Shown: one piece after another, positions 15,768 to 20,872 of the stretch | Numbering within the stretch: position 1 is the first letter of the stretch | How the letters are laid out: each line of letters begins with the position of its first letter | Assembly (NCBI GenBank): GCA_038999725.1 | Contig: JAWBWS010000006.1 | Location: 1-20,872, forward strand | DNA from: Candidatus Aenigmatarchaeota archaeon | Lineage (GTDB): Archaea; Aenigmatarchaeota; Aenigmatarchaeia; CG10238-14; SCSR01 | Length of the DNA: 20,872 nt | Direction: 5' to 3' | Translations under genes and position numbers: made by a program | The notes under the pieces: model-generated | The model's database searches: none | Seen by the model: only the letters and a program-made list of their open reading frames with translations | Told to the model about the DNA's origin: nothing

Positions 15768-16703
15768 TTACTCTTCCCTAGCTTTCTTCTCCACTTCTTC
15801 TTCAATCCCAAGCTTTTCAACAAGCTCTTTCTGTCTGTTTCTTATGGTCACTTCTGTGACGCCTACAATGTCTGCAACTTCTCTTTGTGTCCTCTTTTCC
15901 CCAACAAGAACAGATGCAATGTAAATTGCAGCAGCAGCAACGCCTGTAGGCCCTTTACCGGAAGTTATTTCTGACTTCTTAGCCTTTTTCAAAATTTCAA
16001 TTGCTTTTGCTTGCACTTTATCGCTCAATCCAAGCATAGAGCAAAATCTTGGGACAAAAGTTATTGGATCGGCTGGTAAAATTCTGAGGTCAAGCTCCCT
16101 TGCTATGTAGCGATAAGTTCTTCCTATTTCCCTTTTTTCAACCCCAGAAGCTTCGGAAATTTCATCAAGCGTGCGAGGGGAGCCAAATTCTCTTGAGACA
16201 GCATAAGTTAAAGCCGCTATCACAGACTCTATACTTCTCCCCCTCACCAACCCTTTATTAACAGCCTCCTCGTAATATCTTGCTATTCTTTCATGAATGC
16301 TTTTTGACAAGTTCAAAAAAGAAACAATTCTTTGAAGCTCACTCAAAGCAAAGCTAAGGTTTCTATCTTTTGATTTTATCAAACGCTTGTGCCATTTTGT
16401 TAGCCTGTAGTATTGGGCTCTCTTCTTGACAGGAACTTTATAAAGCTCACCCACACCCTTTCCAATTTCGGTTGTCATTCCCTTATCATGCTTTGTGAAA
16501 GTTAAAGGGGCACCACCTCTAGCTCTCCTACTCATCTGCTCAGAATCAAAAGCCCTCCACTCTTGCCCTGTATCTATAATTTCTTCCTTCAAAACAAGAC
16601 CACAATCTTTGCAGATTACCTCCCCACGATTAGGGTCTTCTATAAGGTTAATACTGCCACACTCAGGGCACCTTTGACCTACTCTTTCTTTCTTCTTTGC
16701 CAT
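15768..16703 (-). CDS. tfb: Transcription initiation factor IIB (TFB)
   Basis: Zn ribbon CPECG...CKDCG, B-reader EWRAF, two cyclin repeats (GRSIES, RTLDEI, GKGPTGVAAAAIY, TQREVA..GVTEVTIRNR). Confidence 0.98.
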   Translation of the reverse strand: MAKKKERVGQRCPECGSINLIEDPNRGEVICKDCGLVLKEEIIDTGQEWRAFDSEQMSRRARGGAPLTFTKHDKGMTTEIGKGVGELYKVPVKKRAQYYRLTKWHKRLIKSKDRNLSFALSELQRIVSFLNLSKSIHERIARYYEEAVNKGLVRGRSIESVIAALTYAVSREFGSPRTLDEISEASGVEKREIGRTYRYIARELDLRILPADPITFVPRFCSMLGLSDKVQAKAIEILKKAKKSEITSGKGPTGVAAAAIYIASVLVGEKRTQREVADIVGVTEVTIRNRQKELVEKLGIEEEVEKKAREE

Positions 16704-16855
16704 TTTTCATCACTCTCAAGTGAAACTTAAATTGAAAACTTATAAAAATGTTGTACCAATAAATATTTAAAGTTTTCTATTTTTTAATCTTAAACACAAA
16801 AAATTCTTGTAGATTGATGAAATTAACGACTCACAAGCTTGGAAGAGCAAATCTT

Positions 16856-18067
16856 TCATAATTTCTTGTATTCTTCATTCAGAATTATGCCTCTCCTTTC
16901 CAATTCATTCAAAAACTTCTTTCTTGCAGGTTTTGGCAAAGCTTCTGGCGGCAAAACCCCATAGAGCTTCCTTTTTTGAACTGACTTCAAGAAAATTAGA
17001 GAAGAAATGGCAGTTGGATAGGAAATGTAGTTCGTGCCGTAAAGCTTCTTGTTTATCATCTTTTGGGAAAAGGTTATATATTTTCTCATCAAAATCCTGT
17101 TGTTCTTGAGATAGCCCCTACAATCGACAAAAAGGCCGAACTGAGCATCTTCTAGAATCCCCCTTTCAATTATCTTTATGAATTCTCTTGTGGTTGGAGT
17201 GCCTTTAACTATAGAGTAAGTGAATTTCTTGGGCGAAATCATGAATTTCCCCACCCTTGTTTTTTCATCTTCAAAAAACCCGAGTTTGTACAAAGCTAGC
17301 AATACTTCTACATCACTCCCGCCCCCTTTGACATCAACATTTCTCACTTTGATGAAATGGGGTAAAGTGTAGACTTCATCATGAGAAAGCAGGTAGCATG
17401 AGATTTTCCCAACAGTAGGATATTCGTAGTTTTCTCTTTCTGTGAAAGGCTCTTTGAAAAAGAATTTATAATTCCTGTATACAAGAACCTTGGATGCGAT
17501 ATCAAAAAGGCCTTCTTTAGACCAAGGTAAAACAAACTCTAAGCTTCTCTGGTCTTCCAAAGTTCTTATCTTTATGCTTTCAAGATAGTCAAAACCTTCA
17601 CTTCCCTCCTTTGCCAAAAGGTTTGATAAACCGGGAGCAACCCCTGCATTTATCAATGCAAACAACTTTTCCTTTTCAAATTCTTCGGCCATCAAAAGCT
17701 GCTCAGCAATTTTCTTCTTTTCATCACCATAACAAGCAAAATCAATGTAGTTGTTCCCTACCTTTAAGCAAAACTCCATAACCTTCAAGTTAACCAATAC
17801 ATCTCTACCACCAACCTCTAAGTAACTCGGTAAAGCATTTACCACAAAATCTGACTTTTGCAAGAAGCTTTTGATTTTCCTGAACTCAAGAGCATCAGCA
17901 ACTTTAAACTCAATATCCTTAAAATTTTTCATCAGAAAGCCTCTGGCCATTTTCTTATCCTTTGCCACACAGAAAACATCGTCTACAAATTTTTCTTTAA
18001 GCAAGAGCCTTATAATTGAAGACCCTATTGCTCCACACCCCAAGACCAATACATTCATCCTTTCCAC
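16856..18067 (-). CDS. Saccharopine dehydrogenase-like oxidoreductase (carboxy(nor)spermidine dehydrogenase / lysine 6-dehydrogenase-like family)
   Basis: Rossmann VLVLGCGAIG, VVNALP, NYIDFA, AGVAPGLSN, HDEV.TLP and GVLPPEAL. Start is GTG at 18067 or ATG at 18058. Confidence 0.85.
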   Translation of the reverse strand: MERMNVLVLGCGAIGSSIIRLLLKEKFVDDVFCVAKDKKMARGFLMKNFKDIEFKVADALEFRKIKSFLQKSDFVVNALPSYLEVGGRDVLVNLKVMEFCLKVGNNYIDFACYGDEKKKIAEQLLMAEEFEKEKLFALINAGVAPGLSNLLAKEGSEGFDYLESIKIRTLEDQRSLEFVLPWSKEGLFDIASKVLVYRNYKFFFKEPFTERENYEYPTVGKISCYLLSHDEVYTLPHFIKVRNVDVKGGGSDVEVLLALYKLGFFEDEKTRVGKFMISPKKFTYSIVKGTPTTREFIKIIERGILEDAQFGLFVDCRGYLKNNRILMRKYITFSQKMINKKLYGTNYISYPTAISSLIFLKSVQKRKLYGVLPPEALPKPARKKFLNELERRGIILNEEYKKL

Positions 18068-18092
18068 CTTTATCTTTATTAAATCACCGAGG

Positions 18093-18569
18093 TTATTTAT
18101 TTCTACCTTGACCTTTTGGCAATCTCTTCAGTCCAGCCCCACAAACAGGGCACTCTTTTAAATCTCGTTTAAAGTATTTCTTGCAATTTGGGCAATATTT
18201 CTCCCAAAAATAAAGCTTTTTAATTCCTTTGCTGAACACACTTAAATATTTTATTCCAAGTTTTTTAGCCACATTCTGAATGTTGTAATCATCGGAGACA
18301 ATAATTGCATCAACCTGTTTAGCCAGAGCTAAAACTTGAACATCTGTTTCAGAAAGTCTTTCAAGGTCTCCTGTCCTTTTTGCCATTGTTTTTATTTCTT
18401 TCACAAAATTTTCTTCAGGTTCAACTATCTTTGGCTCCAAAGTTTCAAGCTTCATGCGAGAAAGCCTATCCTTAATTTCATCTTTCACAGAAGGTGGGAT
18501 GAATATTTCCTCAAACTTACGAAAATCTTGAAGGTAAATTATTGCAGAAGTGTCAAGCACAGCTCTCAT
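18093..18569 (-). CDS. nob1: Nob1 family PIN-domain endonuclease (16S rRNA maturation) with Zn ribbon
   Basis: VLDTSAII, TGDLERLSETDVQVLALA, SDDYNIQNVA, CPNC...CPVCG. Confidence 0.94.
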   Translation of the reverse strand: MRAVLDTSAIIYLQDFRKFEEIFIPPSVKDEIKDRLSRMKLETLEPKIVEPEENFVKEIKTMAKRTGDLERLSETDVQVLALAKQVDAIIVSDDYNIQNVAKKLGIKYLSVFSKGIKKLYFWEKYCPNCKKYFKRDLKECPVCGAGLKRLPKGQGRNK

Positions 18570-18612
18570 AAGAATAAATAATAAAAATGCGTAAATAAAA
18601 TATCAGATTATT

Positions 18613-18825
18613 ATGAAGGATTTTCCACTCTTTCCTTTAGAGAAAATTTTGAAAAAAGCGGGGAGAGAAGTAGGGGCTGATAGGGTATCTGAAGCGGCTG
18701 TAGTCGAGCTTAAGAATACCATGCTCGAGATGGCAGAAAAAATTGCTTTAGATGCTTTAATGGCAGCAAGACATGCTAAGCGTGTTACGGTTAGGAGGGA
18801 AGACGTTCAAATGGCGGTGAGATGA
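18613..18825 (+). CDS. Archaeal histone (HMf family)
   Basis: FPLFPLEKILKKAG...GADRVSEAA...ARHAKRVTVRREDV histone fold. Confidence 0.95.
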   Translation: MKDFPLFPLEKILKKAGREVGADRVSEAAVVELKNTMLEMAEKIALDALMAARHAKRVTVRREDVQMAVR

Positions 18826-19215
18826 ATGGCAAAAACAACAGCAGTGATAAAAGATCTCAAGCCCAATGGATTTATTTTGATTGATGACGCTCCTTGCAGA
18901 ATAGAGAGAGTTGATGTGAGTAAATCTGGCAAACATGGTGCAGCTAAGGCGAGAGTTGAGGCAATTGGTCTTTTGGACAACAAGAGGAGAAGTATAGTGA
19001 AGCCCGCTGATGAAACAGTGGAAGTTCCAATTCTTGAGAAGAAGAAAGCTCAAGTTGTTGCTATTCTTGGTGATAAAGCCCAACTTATGGATTTATCAAC
19101 TTTTGAAGTTTTTGAGCTTGAGATTCCTGAAGAAAGAAGGGAGAAAATAAAACAAGGGGAAGAAATAGATTATTTTGAGATTGTTGGTATAAAGACTTTG
19201 AAAGAATTGAAATAG
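18826..19215 (+). CDS. eif5a: Translation factor aIF5A (eIF5A)
   Basis: Hypusination motif SKSGKHGAAKAR and AQLMDL.TFE. Abuts the histone stop (TGAATG). Confidence 0.97.
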   Translation: MAKTTAVIKDLKPNGFILIDDAPCRIERVDVSKSGKHGAAKARVEAIGLLDNKRRSIVKPADETVEVPILEKKKAQVVAILGDKAQLMDLSTFEVFELEIPEERREKIKQGEEIDYFEIVGIKTLKELK

Positions 19216-19254
19216 TTTTAAATTTAAGAAAAAACTTCTATCGAAAGTGATAGA

Positions 19255-19621
19255 ATGCTTGCAATTGAAACTTTTAACTTAACAAAAGATTTCAACGGCT
19301 TAAGAGCTGTTAATAATTTGAGCATACAAATCAATCAGGGTGAAATTTTTGGATTGCTTGGACCAAATGGCGCGGGCAAGACAACCTTCATCTCAATGCT
19401 CTGCACGCTATTGAAGCCAACTAGCGGTACAGCAAAAGTTAACGGTTTTGATATCCTTAAAGAAAAAGATCAAGTGAGGAAATCAATCGGGATAGTTTTC
19501 CAAGATCCTAGCTTGGAAGATAGACTGACTGCTAGAGAAAATCTAGAGATGCATGCTGCTTGTTCTCTCCAGCTTTTCTTTATTTGCGATTTTAATAGGG
19601 GGGATAGCTTTTAACAGGTAA
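19255..19621 (+). pseudogene. Truncated DrrA-like ABC transporter ATP-binding subunit joined to a probable ABC-2 permease C-terminal remnant
   Basis: Walker A GLLGPNGAGKTT and Q-loop IVFQ are present, but the frame degenerates after ENLEMHAA with no signature motif, Walker B or H-loop. The +1 frame at 19556-19621 reads LLVLSSFSLFAILIGGIAFNR*, like a last TM helix of a permease. Confidence 0.8.
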
Positions 19622-20369
19622 TGGGTGAACAAGCCGATTGTTCCACTTTATACTGATTCGAAGAAATTTCTTCTTCAAAATATTTATCCACACCTCTTTC
19701 AATCCAATTCACAACTTCTCTCCAATATTTGTTTTCCAGAAAAAGAACATCCGGACTAACGATTTTATGAACTATTCCATCTTCACTCTTTTCTCTTCTT
19801 ATTTCATTTATGTATTCAACAGGATAAATTTTTGAATTGTCAGTTGTTACTATATTTCCAGTTACTGGATATATCAACACATTTCTCAATTTTTGAATTC
19901 TTGGATTTAGTTTTTTTCCCAAGTGAGCAGCCACTAAATAAAGCTCTATTGAAATTCTTTCCCAATAGCTCCTTCTCCATCTTCCATTATCTGGAGTGTA
20001 ATTTTTAACCCCCTCTTTCACGCTATCCAAAACCATTTTTGAAGAAGAACCACTTATTGCTTCATCAACAATTACAATAGCCTTGTAATTCTCTAACCTC
20101 TTTTTAAGCAAAGAGCTTATTTTCTCTTCAAGTCTTTCACTTCTTTTTTCTACTGTAGAAGATGCTGGAATAAACAAAACATCTGCTTCAAAGGGACCTA
20201 AACATTTATAAAGACCATATCCTACTCCTACCCAAATGGGCAATCCTCCTCTTAAAGGAACTACAAACAAAACTTCCTCTAGATTCTTATGTAGTTCCAC
20301 TATATCTTTTGCGATTTTCCCGCAAGCTCTTCCAATCTCATACAAACCTTCACAAAATTCCTTCTCCAT
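19611..20369 (-). CDS. Type I phosphoribosyltransferase-like protein
   Basis: FVVPLRGGLP and IVIVDEAISGSSS resemble the PPi loop and PRPP-binding loop (hhhhDD...G.S/T). Substrate unknown. Confidence 0.65.
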   Translation of the reverse strand: MEKEFCEGLYEIGRACGKIAKDIVELHKNLEEVLFVVPLRGGLPIWVGVGYGLYKCLGPFEADVLFIPASSTVEKRSERLEEKISSLLKKRLENYKAIVIVDEAISGSSSKMVLDSVKEGVKNYTPDNGRWRRSYWERISIELYLVAAHLGKKLNPRIQKLRNVLIYPVTGNIVTTDNSKIYPVEYINEIRREKSEDGIVHKIVSPDVLFLENKYWREVVNWIERGVDKYFEEEISSNQYKVEQSACSPITC

Positions 20370-20446
20370 ATATCACTATATTGTAGTGACTTTAAAAAAG
20401 ATTTCTATAGTAGAGTATACACTACCGCAGGATCAAGGAGTTTATC

Positions 20447-20872
20447 AAGGCCTAACAATCTCAGGCTTTTAGTAGGAGCAGGCTCACCTCTCGCTCGAAA
20501 GCTTGAGGCTTACACCTCTCCCCTATCAAGCTTGTAGTCTACAAGGGCCTTCGTCTTGCTACCGGTTGTTGCCAACCAGCAGCAAGATTGGTCGTCTATT
20601 TTTCCGGGTGGTTTCGTCCTTAGATGCTTTCAGGACTTATCCACATATGGCTTAGCTGCCCGGCGATGCTTGAACAACCGGTACACCAGAGGCCACGGAA
20701 GGGTGTTCCTTTCGTACTAACCCTTCCTTCCGGTCAGACGACCAGCACCTCCTGTAGATAGCGACCGAACTGTCTCACGACGTTCTGAACTCAGCTAGCG
20801 TCCCCCTTTAACCAGTGGGCACCTGTACCCTTGGCCGCTGCTGCACGGCCAGGAGGGGGGGAGCCAACATCG
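20447..20872 (-). rRNA. rrl: 23S rRNA, 3'-terminal part (about E. coli position 2501 to the 3' end); gene continues beyond the window; 3' boundary approximate
   Basis: GC-rich. The minus strand contains CGAUGUUGGCUC, CAGAACGUCGUGAGACAGUUCGGUC, the SRL AGUACGAAAGGAAC, CUCUGGUGUACCGGUUGU and CUGAAAGCAUCUAAG. Confidence 0.98.

Noticed and set aside
1..19250. Apparently frequent AAGCTT/AGCT words
   Set aside because: Explained by preferred codons (AAG-CTT, GAA-GCT, GAG-CTT). Not tested statistically.
1133..20472. Numerous 60-130 aa ORF-track entries antisense to or nested in long genes (e.g. 1167-1544, 5242-5628, 6790-7122, 8349-8723, 11626-11844, 12260-12571, 18757-19083, 20236-20472)
   Set aside because: Shadow ORFs with Phe/Ser/Leu-rich composition mirroring the Lys/Glu codons of the real strand. 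No motifs.
1..20872. Prophage, integrase, transposase or tRNA genes
   Set aside because: No such motifs, terminal repeats or cloverleaf-like GC-rich stretches seen outside the 23S rRNA.

Overview
AT-rich, gene-dense archaeal chromosomal segment. Archaeal markers are TFB, an HMf-type histone, aIF5A, Nob1, archaeal-type YchF and a divergent 23S rRNA 3' end. Gene content and rRNA divergence suggest a DPANN lineage, possibly Aenigmarchaeota-like (inference). Left end: a partial COG1373-type AAA+ ATPase and a minimal NHEJ pair (Ku plus stand-alone LigD-type ligase). Centre (4.3-11.6 kb): the best candidate for an undescribed system, a tightly packed divergent locus built from three tandem paralog pairs (two ~175-aa alpha/beta proteins; two 2-TM microproteins missed by the ORF track; two nucleotidyltransferase-HEPN fusions), plus a coiled-coil miniprotein, a 564-aa helical protein and an Endo IV-like TIM-barrel metalloenzyme with a ~270-aa insertion. 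Right half: housekeeping and accessory genes, two apparent large-deletion scars (an M29 aminopeptidase tail and an ABC ATPase joined to a permease-like tail), and the 23S rRNA 3' end with unusual substitutions in the peptidyl-transferase centre and sarcin-ricin loop. All calls come from manual motif reading; no database searches were run.
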